Position numbers and translations under genes: made by a program | Notes under the pieces: generated by a model | Seen by the model: only the letters and a program-made list of their open reading frames with translations | What the model was told of the DNA's origin: nothing | Databases searched by the model: none | Shown here: positions 1 to 9,854 of the stretch, piece by piece | How positions within the stretch are numbered: the stretch's first letter is position 1 | How the letters are laid out: each line of letters starts with the position of its first letter | Origin: Pyrodictiaceae archaeon | GTDB taxonomy: Archaea; Thermoproteota; Thermoprotei_A; Sulfolobales; Pyrodictiaceae | DNA length: 64,000 bases | Reading direction: 5' to 3' | NCBI GenBank assembly: GCA_027036135.1 | Contig: JALVSY010000007.1 | Span: forward strand, 324,880 to 388,879

Positions 1-1
1 G

Positions 2-343
2 CCTATTTCTCGCAAAGCATTAGAGATTATAGCTGAGTGGCAGCCAACTATCCTAATCATTAGTGGCCCGCCAACATATTTCGCGGGGCTTAAGGTCGAA
101 GAAGAACAGATTAGGCAAGGCCTGAATAATTTATCTCTACTGGCAGAAATAGTTGATGTACTTGTGGCGGATCACCACTTTGCACGGGATCTCAAGTATC
201 TTAGTTACTTAGACCAGCTTAGGAAAATTAATACCCGGGTCTTATCAGCGGCAGAGTTCATGGGGCTCCCGGTTGAGCTTCTTGAAGCACAGCGTAAACT
301 CTTATGGGAGAAAGACCCCTCTGATAATAATAGAGCATCTTGA
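2..343 (+). CDS. UPF0282-family MBL-fold metallo-hydrolase, 3' part (runs off window start)
   Basis: Frame 2 translates as PISRKALEIIAEWQPTILIISGPPTY...VADHHFARD...SAAEFMG...LLEAQRKLLW, stop TGA at 341-343. The GPPTY and DHH motifs are typical of archaeal UPF0282. Confidence 0.75.
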   Translation, partial: PISRKALEIIAEWQPTILIISGPPTYFAGLKVEEEQIRQGLNNLSLLAEIVDVLVADHHFARDLKYLSYLDQLRKINTRVLSAAEFMGLPVELLEAQRKLLWEKDPSDNNRAS

Positions 344-941
344 GGACCACTTTTCTCTATGGATACGGGCTGAGTATAGGCATGCTAAACAACTAGCTGG
401 CGAGAGGCTAGTTTTCACGAATCTAGGAGAATTCCTCGCTAATGCGAGAGAGGAAAACCTCTGCCCTTGCTTCTCGGAATCGATCACCGAGTTGCAAGGA
501 ATACTGTATAATGACCCCGGGAAAGTGATTATTCTTGACCCGCTTGCCGAGAAACTCCTTGAGCCTCAAGAGGCAGCGAATGCGGAGGCACTAGTGATTG
601 GCGGTATACTTGGTGATAACCCGCCACGGGGTAGGACACGGCAACTCCTTACACAGAGAGCGAAGAACATGCTAGCACGTAGCCTTGGTCCGCACCAGCT
701 GAGTATTGATGGAGCCGTCTATGTCACACTAAGAGTTGCGGAAGGCACACCTCTCGAAAAAATACCTCTTGTGCATAGACCACGCCTATACGTTGACATC
801 GAGGGGCTCGAAGTGGAGATAGAGCTACCCTTCTCTTATCCACTAGTCAATGGCGAGCCCTTGATATCGGATGATGTTAAGGAGCTACTTGCTCGGGGGC
901 TAGGCTACGAGGAGTACCGCGAATCGCGCGGGACTAGATAA
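273..941 (+). CDS. SPOUT-class SAM-dependent methyltransferase (Sfm1/DUF431-like)
   Basis: IIEHLE, IILDP, IGGILGDNPPRGRT and LGPHQLSIDGA motifs. The real start is probably downstream (possible CTG at 321). Confidence 0.8.
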   Translation: MSFLKHSVNSYGRKTPLIIIEHLEDHFSLWIRAEYRHAKQLAGERLVFTNLGEFLANAREENLCPCFSESITELQGILYNDPGKVIILDPLAEKLLEPQEAANAEALVIGGILGDNPPRGRTRQLLTQRAKNMLARSLGPHQLSIDGAVYVTLRVAEGTPLEKIPLVHRPRLYVDIEGLEVEIELPFSYPLVNGEPLISDDVKELLARGLGYEEYRESRGTR

Positions 942-1224
942 CTGAGCCTAGGAAGTAGCCGAGGAGGAGCGCTGCAGGGCTACTGAGTATACCTGCTGTA
1001 TAGTTCTCCTTGGGGCCTAGGTACTTGCTCCAGGGCCCTACATAGACTGATACAACATAGGTTACTAGGTACACGATGGGAGCTAGCCAACACATAGTGC
1101 CTCCATATAGCCCTGCTATCATGCCGAGAACTAGGCCTATGAGCGTGCGTAGTAATGCGAGTCTTGCTCTTCTAAGCCTCTTCTCCATATATGTGCTTAA
1201 TGGGTCTCGGGTGCTCAACAGCAT
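934..1224 (-). CDS. small hypothetical membrane protein
   Basis: About 3 hydrophobic segments; overlaps the 3' end of rqc2 as if translationally coupled. Confidence 0.5.
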   Translation of the reverse strand: MLLSTRDPLSTYMEKRLRRARLALLRTLIGLVLGMIAGLYGGTMCWLAPIVYLVTYVVSVYVGPWSKYLGPKENYTAGILSSPAALLLGYFLGSVI

Positions 1225-3193
1225 CGCCTCTCTGGAGTCCTAGTAGCCTTGAACGGCCTGGGATCTTCTCGCGTATGTCTTCGACACTTAGAGCACTAAT
1301 TATTTCTGCATAGCTCTCCGCGGCCCTGCTATAGGCTAGTCTCTTTATTCGCTTAGCAAGAAGAGAGGGATCCTCGTCTCCCGGGACAAGTACAGCATAG
1401 ACCACTGAGCGACGACGAACTAGTTCCTCGGGGCCAACAATTACGATAGGGGCTTCGTTTTCCACGCCTATACCTATTGCAAGGCGTAGCTCTATTCCTC
1501 TGATATAGTTACGTTTACCATAAACCATGAACGCTCCCTTAGTTATATACTCGCCGGGCGGGGGAGACTTTGATACCTGGCTACCCCACACCCAGTACAC
1601 ATCTACACTCCCAATACCAGTCTTCCACGCCTTGGAGTAAGCAGCTGTAAGGAGAGCTGCCTCCCTTAGATCGGTCTCTGGGGGCTCCTCTCCCTCATTA
1701 AATAATACCACTGCTGGAGCACCACGTATATCGGCGTGCATGAATATTCGCTTACTCGTCAAGTACCTCTTAACAATCGACTCGTTCTGATCCGCGTCTC
1801 TACCACCTATGGCCAAATAACCATGGCTCGTGACTAGCCAATGATACTTCTCGTACCATTCACGGCGCCTAATCCTCGCCCTAGCCCTAGCCTTCACCTT
1901 TTCTTGTTCCTTCTCTAGGTTTCTTAGCTTCTCCTCGAGCTCTCTGAGGGCCTTTGTACCTCTCTCGATTTTCGCTCTTAGCTCTCCTATGCGCTTATAG
2001 AGATCCACTATTAATTGACTAGGATCTTTCCGAATATCGATGTCTACTAGTTCGCCGCCAATGCTTAGGACTATTTTACCCTCAGAGGGCTTTACATCAA
2101 CAACTCCCGGGCAGTTACCAATTATATAGTCCCATCCACTTTGTCTGCGTACACGATTAGCGCACTCAAGTGCCTCGTAGACGAGCTGGATATTCTCTGC
2201 TATCATCTGCGCTCTCTTCTCAAGAACTGAGACCTTCTCGAAAAGCTGGCTGAGATTTCGCTTGGCCTGCTCTATTGATGTAAGGAGCTTTGCTCGCTCA
2301 GCCGCTATCAGTGCTGCTCTCTTATTTTCCTCCTCGCCGCGAAGTGGCTCAATAAAGTACTCGTCAAGAGCTTCACTAAGGTTTCCAAACTCCCTAACAG
2401 AGAAACCATAGCCACGCTGAAGTCCAATAGGCTTAAACGGAGTCACTGTTAACGGCTCGTTGCCGAGAACCATGTAGCCGCGGGCTTCTAGGCTTTCACG
2501 ATATAGCTGCTTAAATGTATCTACGATATCACGGGTTCGGTCTATGAGTTGTTCGCAAGTAGCAGAGCCCGGCTCGATACCTATGCGTAGGAGAGCTTCC
2601 TCTACGGCTTCACCTGGATACCCAAGCTCTCTCACTATACTCCTAACAGGATCACACCCACTACTGCCAAGAATCTTTGATAATATGGCCTCTTCCAGTT
2701 CTAGAGGATGAATACTTCTACTAGGTGGTGCTACATACTTAGAGCCGCGCCTAATTTCGCGGTCACGCAGCTTCATGGTTGAACTAGTCTGTATTATAGT
2801 ATCTTCTGCATCTAGAAGCGCAAGGATTCCCCGAGGCAGTAACTCAACTACAGCGCTGAATACTTCACCACGATGACGAAACTCCATCCTAACTATTCTA
2901 TCAAAACCTAGTTGTTCCGCATGGTCAAAGATAGCGCCACGTAGATACTTACGCAGCCCCATAACGAATGGAGGCGGCATACCTTTTTCAGACACATCAT
3001 ACTTAGTGAAATGGAGTCTCTCGCCCGGCACGACTATTAGTCTCGCATCAATACCTACTGATTTGAATCGGAATAAGAAACCATTCTCATAAGCATATAT
3101 ATTGTATAAACGACTGCCCTTTATTCTAGCATTAATCTCACTTACCACGGCAACTACGTCGTAACTTGTCATACTTTTCTTAGGCTTAATCAC
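1172..3193 (-). CDS. rqcH: ribosome quality-control protein Rqc2/RqcH (NEMF/NFACT family)
   Basis: MTSYDV start region, FDRIV, VELLPRG, coiled coil, WYEKYHW, IGGRDADQNE, FMHADIRGAP, GAFMVYGKRNY. Start set at GTG 3193 (ORF extends to 3229). Confidence 0.92.
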   Translation of the reverse strand: MIKPKKSMTSYDVVAVVSEINARIKGSRLYNIYAYENGFLFRFKSVGIDARLIVVPGERLHFTKYDVSEKGMPPPFVMGLRKYLRGAIFDHAEQLGFDRIVRMEFRHRGEVFSAVVELLPRGILALLDAEDTIIQTSSTMKLRDREIRRGSKYVAPPSRSIHPLELEEAILSKILGSSGCDPVRSIVRELGYPGEAVEEALLRIGIEPGSATCEQLIDRTRDIVDTFKQLYRESLEARGYMVLGNEPLTVTPFKPIGLQRGYGFSVREFGNLSEALDEYFIEPLRGEEENKRAALIAAERAKLLTSIEQAKRNLSQLFEKVSVLEKRAQMIAENIQLVYEALECANRVRRQSGWDYIIGNCPGVVDVKPSEGKIVLSIGGELVDIDIRKDPSQLIVDLYKRIGELRAKIERGTKALRELEEKLRNLEKEQEKVKARARARIRRREWYEKYHWLVTSHGYLAIGGRDADQNESIVKRYLTSKRIFMHADIRGAPAVVLFNEGEEPPETDLREAALLTAAYSKAWKTGIGSVDVYWVWGSQVSKSPPPGEYITKGAFMVYGKRNYIRGIELRLAIGIGVENEAPIVIVGPEELVRRRSVVYAVLVPGDEDPSLLAKRIKRLAYSRAAESYAEIISALSVEDIREKIPGRSRLLGLQRGDAVEHPRPIKHIYGEEA

Positions 3194-3334
3194 TGCTAAA
3201 ACCCTTTTCCATACTATTGTACAAAACATTAATGCTAAGCATAATTATTTGTAACTTTAAGCAAGAAGATATTATTAATCTCTCAAGACACATAATTGAC
3301 AAAAATGCCTTCTAAATATACTGAATATACTGCT

Positions 3335-3571
3335 TTACTTCTTCGCCTTTATTAAGTAAATGGATGCTCTCCTGTTGGGCGAATAGAGTTCTATTAACCC
3401 CTCAGCCTCTAACCGCCTTAAGACTCGCTTGGCTAAGCTCAGTGTCATACTATACTTCTCTGCAAGAATATATGGGGTTAAGTATTTCTCTCTACGTATC
3501 TCTCGTACAATTCTCTTGTAGAGATCCTCTGGCACGAATGCTGTATATTCTCTCCCGGCGCGCTCTGCCAA
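3335..3571 (-). CDS. rps25e: 30S ribosomal protein S25e (short form lacking the Lys-rich N-terminus)
   Basis: KYLTPYILAEKYSMTLSLAKRVLRRLEAEGLIELYSPNRRASIY winged-helix core. Likely TTG start at 3571 after GGGTG. Confidence 0.75.
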   Translation of the reverse strand: MAERAGREYTAFVPEDLYKRIVREIRREKYLTPYILAEKYSMTLSLAKRVLRRLEAEGLIELYSPNRRASIYLIKAKK

Positions 3572-3721
3572 GCACAGCACCCGAGAGTAAAAGGCGCTTC
3601 TAGCCCCTATTCTTAAAAGTAATGCGCCTATAGCACGATAGGGATAAACAATTGCTAGCAACTAGTTAAAAACTAATCAAAAATAATATAATATTTAAAT
3701 AGGCGGGTAAAATATTTTTAT

Positions 3722-3955
3722 CTAGCCCTCGGCTGTTTTCTCGCCCTCCTCGGTGAGCTTATAGACTCCTTCCTCGACTTTTTCTACGAGGCCAAGTCGT
3801 CTAAGTTTCCTCATCTTTGCAGCAACCCTTCTAGCATCGAGACCGGCTTTAGCCGCTATTTCTTTGGGTCTTGCTGGTTTTCCTAGTTCCTTCATTGCTT
3901 TGAGAATAGCCATGTCTATCTCGTCAAGCTCTGATCCAAGAGCCATGGGTCTCAC
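3722..3955 (-). CDS. small winged-helix DNA-binding protein
   Basis: DMAILKAM...ARPKEIAAKAGLDARRVAAKMRKLRRLGLVEK..EGVYKLTEEG. Confidence 0.8.
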   Translation of the reverse strand: MRPMALGSELDEIDMAILKAMKELGKPARPKEIAAKAGLDARRVAAKMRKLRRLGLVEKVEEGVYKLTEEGEKTAEG

Positions 3956-4131
3956 CCCTCCTTACTACTGGAACTCTTAGCCCTCATTTAGTATATTATA
4001 TAACTAGAAACATAGAGGCTCCAGGTTTTAAGCATTTATTAATAAGTTACTATTATCTACTAAATATATCCTTATACGCTTAACAAAACTTTATAAAAAA
4101 ATATATCATAAATTTCTAAATTTAGAATTAT

Positions 4132-5244
4132 CTAATTATTTTTAGCACTAGTTTTCTCCTTTCGCGCAATTTTCCTTAGGTTGCGATAGTAGGCTTGCAG
4201 GGGACTACGTGTACCACAATCAGCTTTACAAATACCGAGCGTTTTCATTTTTTCACAGCTGTATACAAGGTATTTCTTTCCAGAGCCACGTAGTCCTGCT
4301 AGGTGCTCGACTTGATAACGCGTTATTTTCTCGTTAAAATCCGGCATGTTTCTAAACAAGTCTACAACACTATCGATCTCTGCACCTATGTTTAGCATAA
4401 AAGTTGCTAATGCGAATCGCTCGTGATGGCTAAGGTTCTCTCCTCTTCTAGCCCGTTCAACCAGATCCGCTATACAGGGAGGGAATGCTTCCTCTACTAT
4501 GACTCCCTTAGGTATGACTGTTTTTCCTCTATTGGTAAACCTTGGCTTACGCGATTCGGATAAGACTTTCTTTATTTTCTCTATCAGCTTATTGAGGGGC
4601 TCGTTCAGCTCTTGAGGTACCTCGCTAGACAAGCTACTTACTTGTTTCTCGATAAATATCGTTAGTGCTTCTTTAACTACTCTTAGAACTTGATTCTTTT
4701 TCAAATATATGAACCCTCTTAGAACCGGCATATTTATTGGTTTCCATGCTGGATCTCCTAGGAGTCTTTTTGCGACTTGAACGTATTCTACAAAGGTCAT
4801 AGAGAAGTCAAATACATTATAAACAATAACGCCGCGAACAATGGCAACAGGTTCGCGATATAGTGCTTTTTTATAAACAAGACTGCGTAGCCCCACATGT
4901 CTAGCTATAGCCGCAATGACCTCATCTGGTTCATCTCTCATGAAGCTATGTGCACGCTCTGCTTCGCTGAGAGCCAAGCGTGAAATAAGCCATCTATCAC
5001 TAATTAGGGACGAGGCCAGTGACGCGAGATAATACGAGAGAACCTCTTCTTCAACGCTTGGGGCCGGTTTAGGTACTCTACCCCTACTGATAACGCTTTC
5101 TATACGTTTCAATGCATTCTCAACTATACCTTGCTTTAGCTTTATGACTTGGTGAGGAAGAAGACCATACTTACGAGTAGCTATTTCCTCGGGGTCCGCG
5201 AGGAAGGGGTAAAGCCTAAGATCTATTATCGCGGCTTGTGGCAA
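4132..5244 (-). CDS. priL: DNA primase large subunit
   Basis: YPFL N-terminus, FPPCI, NLSHHERF, PDFNEKITRYQVEH, and YSCEKM...C...C Fe-S cysteines. Start likely TTG at 5244. Confidence 0.93.
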   Translation of the reverse strand: MPQAAIIDLRLYPFLADPEEIATRKYGLLPHQVIKLKQGIVENALKRIESVISRGRVPKPAPSVEEEVLSYYLASLASSLISDRWLISRLALSEAERAHSFMRDEPDEVIAAIARHVGLRSLVYKKALYREPVAIVRGVIVYNVFDFSMTFVEYVQVAKRLLGDPAWKPINMPVLRGFIYLKKNQVLRVVKEALTIFIEKQVSSLSSEVPQELNEPLNKLIEKIKKVLSESRKPRFTNRGKTVIPKGVIVEEAFPPCIADLVERARRGENLSHHERFALATFMLNIGAEIDSVVDLFRNMPDFNEKITRYQVEHLAGLRGSGKKYLVYSCEKMKTLGICKADCGTRSPLQAYYRNLRKIARKEKTSAKNN

Positions 5245-5390
5245 GACCTTATCAACCGCCTTAGGCCCTATTAGGTAAACACAGCACACCCCTTGAGAAG
5301 CATTACTCGAGGTAATAGCGTAAATAGGGTTTGGGCAAATTAGGCAAGAAAGATCCTGGAGGGGCCTGGTAAGCAAATAGGGTTGTTGCG

Positions 5391-6200
5391 ATGAGTGAAG
5401 AGCCACATATACATGTACTCCATAATCCCGGCATCAATGAAGCAGCTAGACAGATAACGCAGGGAGTTGCACAGAGAGACTTCATAATTATACTGACAAG
5501 GTGTAGCGTAGAGTATGAAGGAAGGGGGGCGAGCAAGCTTGGCTCAGGTGATCGCCTTATAATAGTAAAGCCTGATGGAGCTGTACTCGTTCATAGACCT
5601 ACGGGATATTCTCCTGTAAACTGGCAACCAGAGAGTCATGTCATTAACGTAGATGTTTTGAAAGATGCCGTGGTGCTGCGAAGCGTGAGACGAAGGCCTA
5701 AGGAGATACTAGTAATTAGGCTAGAGCAAGTATACCTCCTCGTTAGAGCTAAGGGGCTTACCGATAAAGCCGAGTTTATAGAGTACATGGACGAGGCCGA
5801 GATATCTGATTACATAGCTCGGCACCCCGAGGTAGTTGAACAGGGACTTCAGATTATTTCGCGCGAGCGAAGAGTAGGCGAGGGATACGTAGACATACTA
5901 GCAAGGGATAAGGATAACAATTATGTCATTATTGAGGTGAAACGCGTCACAGCAAACGAGGATGCAGTTAAACAACTCTATAGCTACATAGAGGAACTCC
6001 GAAAAGCCAATCCCGAGGCACCTATCCGGGGCATACTCGTTGCCCCGTCCATAACAAAGGACGCACTTATTCTCCTAAACAGCCTTGGCCTAGAGTACAA
6101 GCAAATAGACCCAGCAAGGCTTCATAGGGAAGCAAAGAAAGAGAAGCACAGTAGATATTCACGTTCACTACTCGAATATCTAGAAAGAAAGAAGGGCTAA
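5391..6200 (+). CDS. nucS: mismatch-specific endonuclease NucS/EndoMS
   Basis: CSVEYEGR, IIVKPDGAVLVH, PVNWQP, VDILARD, IEVKR, QLYSY; C-terminal PIP-like SLLEYL. Confidence 0.95.
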   Translation: MSEEPHIHVLHNPGINEAARQITQGVAQRDFIIILTRCSVEYEGRGASKLGSGDRLIIVKPDGAVLVHRPTGYSPVNWQPESHVINVDVLKDAVVLRSVRRRPKEILVIRLEQVYLLVRAKGLTDKAEFIEYMDEAEISDYIARHPEVVEQGLQIISRERRVGEGYVDILARDKDNNYVIIEVKRVTANEDAVKQLYSYIEELRKANPEAPIRGILVAPSITKDALILLNSLGLEYKQIDPARLHREAKKEKHSRYSRSLLEYLERKKG

Positions 6201-8008
6201 GGCGAGAGCGACGGCGCCGCGCTAATAAAGCTTGGGGCAGCTTTTATCGATAGTATAAGCGATACTAGTGTGAGCATCGTTAACAGGGATGCATGCAGGA
6301 ATCCCGACGCAACGCTTTGATCCTGTATCTTCCCTGCAACTATGCCACTAAGCCACGCATTCACTATCGAGCCTACAGAAGCTATTAGAAGTAGCTCGTT
6401 AATTGTCTGAGCCGATATACGTGTATGAAACGCTGCACCCCCTATACCGATACTGCTAAGTGATTGAGACAGCATTAACAGGGTCAGTACACTTGAGACT
6501 GCTACAAGTACAGCCCCAAAATAGGGCATAACTATGTAGGGACGCAACCTTCTTCTTAGCGACTCTTGTATGTCTATAAGGCTCGTAATGAATCTCGCGA
6601 TAGCATCGATAGTTGTGGCCGATCCTCCGCCAACATCTATTGCGTCAACAAGGAATCTCATACTGACTCTGAGGATCCAATTAGTGTAGCCACGCAGCGC
6701 TCTGCGAGCTGCTCGCTCAATGTGTAGGCCAACCGATACCGCACCAGCTATCTTCTTAATTATATCGGTTAGCCGGCCATAGTTACGTCGTGATAAAACA
6801 ATTAGGCTTTTCTCAGGGCTAAGACCAGTCCTTCTGATCTCCGAGAGATCACGGAAGAACGATGCCAATGCTCTTACAATTGCTCGTTCCCTCCTAACGC
6901 GCTGAAGGAAAACTAAGCCCGGTATGACTGATACTATGAAAAGGCCTAGCCCGACAATGGTTGATAACTCTATTACAGTGCTCCGGGTTATTTTCCCACT
7001 CGTAAGTGCCGATAACGCGCCAGTAAGGCTGAGAAGCACTCCTATAATTATGAGACCCGCTGTGGCCGATATTAATAAGTATGCATAGGGTTCACGTATA
7101 CGTTCTTGACCTGGTATGAGGCTATCAAGCATAGATATTATTGCAGCTGTTAGCGCCGGTAAAACGATAAAGGTGTATAACAGTATGCCATTAATGCCGG
7201 CAAAGCCTCCACTACCTATTATACCGCTAATTACGAAGAATATGTAAAAGGAGAGCGTGCCAAGTATTGCTACAGCTGCGTATGCCTCGACCACTAGTCC
7301 TACTCTTTCAGCCCTACTACGTAGATCCTCCATTCTTGCCTGGAAAAGTTCCTGCGTTCTTATCTCAAGAAAGTGCCGAATATCGCCACCGGTCCTAATT
7401 GTTGTAAGGTACCCGAGCATGAAGTCACGATACATTCGTGAAGGATGTGAAGCAGCGTTTCTCTCTAGCGCTGATAATATGTCCTTACCAAATATCTTGA
7501 CGTCGCGAAGAATGCGAAGAGCTTCCTCACGTAGTGCTTTGAATACACGAAGTTCTGCAAGCCTCTCTATGACCTTCTCCGGAGCCACGCCCGCATAAGC
7601 CATAGCAGTCATATAGGCAGCGAAGAAGGGAAACTCGTTATCAACGGCGTTGGCGCGTGAAGATGCCTTAGCACTTGGATAAGATATACCAATACCAAAT
7701 ACGATAAGAGGGGCAAATACTGTGACAAGAATTGCGAGAACCTTAATGATTATCGGAGAGGGCACGATGAACACAATAATAGAGATTATGCCGAAAATTA
7801 AGCCTATGAGCAGCATAATGAAGAGAAGACGCGAAACATATAGAACTGGGTAAATATTCATTCCAGCTCTTTCGATGCTCTCGTCAAGCCGGAATTTCTT
7901 TACTAGTTGCTCGGCTCTTCTCCTAAATAATAGTATTGCAAGACTGTCTATAATCAATGATGGCGATAGGCTACGTGTGTTAGATTTCTTGTTGCTCAGT
8001 AACGCCAA
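6197..8008 (-). CDS. type IV pilus / T2SS-F membrane platform protein (TadC/PilC/ArlJ-like, two GspF domains)
   Basis: Multi-TM protein with two cytoplasmic domains (DNEFPFF..., FFRDLSEIRRTGLSPE); directly downstream of the secretion ATPase. Confidence 0.88.
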   Translation of the reverse strand: MALLSNKKSNTRSLSPSLIIDSLAILLFRRRAEQLVKKFRLDESIERAGMNIYPVLYVSRLLFIMLLIGLIFGIISIIVFIVPSPIIIKVLAILVTVFAPLIVFGIGISYPSAKASSRANAVDNEFPFFAAYMTAMAYAGVAPEKVIERLAELRVFKALREEALRILRDVKIFGKDILSALERNAASHPSRMYRDFMLGYLTTIRTGGDIRHFLEIRTQELFQARMEDLRSRAERVGLVVEAYAAVAILGTLSFYIFFVISGIIGSGGFAGINGILLYTFIVLPALTAAIISMLDSLIPGQERIREPYAYLLISATAGLIIIGVLLSLTGALSALTSGKITRSTVIELSTIVGLGLFIVSVIPGLVFLQRVRRERAIVRALASFFRDLSEIRRTGLSPEKSLIVLSRRNYGRLTDIIKKIAGAVSVGLHIERAARRALRGYTNWILRVSMRFLVDAIDVGGGSATTIDAIARFITSLIDIQESLRRRLRPYIVMPYFGAVLVAVSSVLTLLMLSQSLSSIGIGGAAFHTRISAQTINELLLIASVGSIVNAWLSGIVAGKIQDQSVASGFLHASLLTMLTLVSLILSIKAAPSFISAAPSLSP

Positions 8009-8042
8009 CAGAGTTCACCGCTACTGATCTAGGGATGAACCG

Positions 8043-9677
8043 TTATGCTGGCCTCAGCTTGAGCTCTGATACAACTTTTTGGTAAATCCTTTCAGAATCC
8101 AAATAGTACTCCCGGATTATTTGTGCTACTTCCTTATAGCTTCTTAGGCGCTTAAGCTTCATCCACTCCATGATAATTGTTCTTCTGTCAAGCTCCTCTA
8201 TTATTTTATCCATGTCCCAGCCTCTTAGCTCTGTAATAAGTTCAAGTAGCTTACTAGCCTTCAGGTTTATTTCATGCTCATCTGTTCTAGGGTTCCACTT
8301 ATGAATTTCTATATAGTTATCATAGTCAGCTATTTCCCATGTATTGGTTATTCTACGAGTCACAGTACTTCTACCCGTACGACTATCCACTATCTCTACA
8401 CGTCTTATTAATGCCGCGAAATTCATGAGCGGAATATAACCCTTTGGTATATTCATCGGCGGGCTTGTAAGCCTCTTCACTGCGGCATCGATGTTTTCAG
8501 CGTGCAGAGTCGTCATACCACCATGTCCCGTAGCCATTGCTTGGAACAATACATATGCTTCCTCGCCACGAACCTCGCCAACCACTATTATGTCCGGCCT
8601 ATAGCGCAGACTTATCTTAACGAGATCGAATAACGTGATCTCTCCAATACGTTCACCGCTAAGCCCGTAACTCATTCTGGGCGTAAGCTGTACCCAGTTC
8701 TCCAAGGGAAGACGAAGCTCCGGGGTATCCTCTATGGTCACTACCTTAACTGATGGCTTAAGCATTGTTAGTAGCGCATTAAGTGTAGTCGTTTTACCAG
8801 AACCAGTTACGCCCATAACCATACCAGGACGTTTATGCTCCATAAGAAGCCAGTAATAGGCTGCCAGTCGTGGACTAAGGGTACCGAAATCGAGTAAGTC
8901 AACTATTGTTAAAGGCTCCTCACGGAACTTTCTAATGGTAAAGCTTGAGCCGCTAGTAGATACCTCGCGCCGATAAGTAGCAGCGAGGCGATGACCACCA
9001 GGCAGTATTGCATCTACAACTGGGAATGCTACCGAGATATGCTTTCCCGCCATATGAGCGAGCTTAACAACTAGATTGTCGAGCTCGTCTTCATCCTGGA
9101 ACACTAGAGATGTAGGTATATACTCGTACCGAGTATGCCAAACATATACAGGCTTACGAACTCCACTACACGATATATCCTCGACGAACGGATCCCTCAT
9201 TAACGGGTCTATAGGCCCGAAGCCAACCGAGTCTCTAAGCACATAGTACAGTATCTTGCCCCAGGAGATACCAGGTGTCCGTCCCATTCTTATCTGAAAG
9301 GTCTTGACTATTCGCTTAGCTTGTGCGGTAAAATATGGTATAACCTCTTTATCGGAAGGAGGAGGCTCAAGTTCCCAATAAAGTATGTCCATTATCTGCT
9401 TATAGGTTTGTTTCTCGCGAGGTGTCAGTGGAATCTCATCTATATAGTAAAGGATTTCGCCTGTAACCTTGTGTTGTAGTATACGAGCATAGGCCCAAGG
9501 CTCGTAGAGAGGATACGACTCCACCTCCTTAAAGTCCCTATAGCTCTTAAAGACTATTGCTTTACGCTCTTCGATTGGGGGTATCTCGCTCTCTATACTC
9601 TCCTTTGTTTTTCTCGCCCGTTTCCTGCGCATACTTATACCTTTTATCCTTATTGATGGAAGCTTAATCACGAACAA
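8043..9677 (-). CDS. type II/IV secretion system ATPase (PilB/ArlI/UpsE family)
   Basis: Walker A GVTGSGKTT, Asp box TIEDTPEL, LRYRPDIIVVGEVRG, His box TGHGGMTTLH. Confidence 0.93.
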   Translation of the reverse strand: MFVIKLPSIRIKGISMRRKRARKTKESIESEIPPIEERKAIVFKSYRDFKEVESYPLYEPWAYARILQHKVTGEILYYIDEIPLTPREKQTYKQIMDILYWELEPPPSDKEVIPYFTAQAKRIVKTFQIRMGRTPGISWGKILYYVLRDSVGFGPIDPLMRDPFVEDISCSGVRKPVYVWHTRYEYIPTSLVFQDEDELDNLVVKLAHMAGKHISVAFPVVDAILPGGHRLAATYRREVSTSGSSFTIRKFREEPLTIVDLLDFGTLSPRLAAYYWLLMEHKRPGMVMGVTGSGKTTTLNALLTMLKPSVKVVTIEDTPELRLPLENWVQLTPRMSYGLSGERIGEITLFDLVKISLRYRPDIIVVGEVRGEEAYVLFQAMATGHGGMTTLHAENIDAAVKRLTSPPMNIPKGYIPLMNFAALIRRVEIVDSRTGRSTVTRRITNTWEIADYDNYIEIHKWNPRTDEHEINLKASKLLELITELRGWDMDKIIEELDRRTIIMEWMKLKRLRSYKEVAQIIREYYLDSERIYQKVVSELKLRPA

Positions 9678-9854
9678 ACCCCTTACAGATTTCTTCTCAC
9701 TATCCCATAGGCTGGAACACTAAGCATCAACACGATAAATAATGAGCGTTGCTTATTTTCGTCCTTTAGGGTTTCCTCATTCCCCCGATGCTAAGTACTG
9801 CATCTCCAATAATCTTTAAAACTTTTCAGTAACAGAGCCCATAATTCAAGGAGA

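Noticed and set aside
9700-9790. Possible minus-strand C/D sRNA starting ATGAGGA upstream of the pilus ATPase
   Set aside because: No acceptable D' or D boxes at the right spacing.
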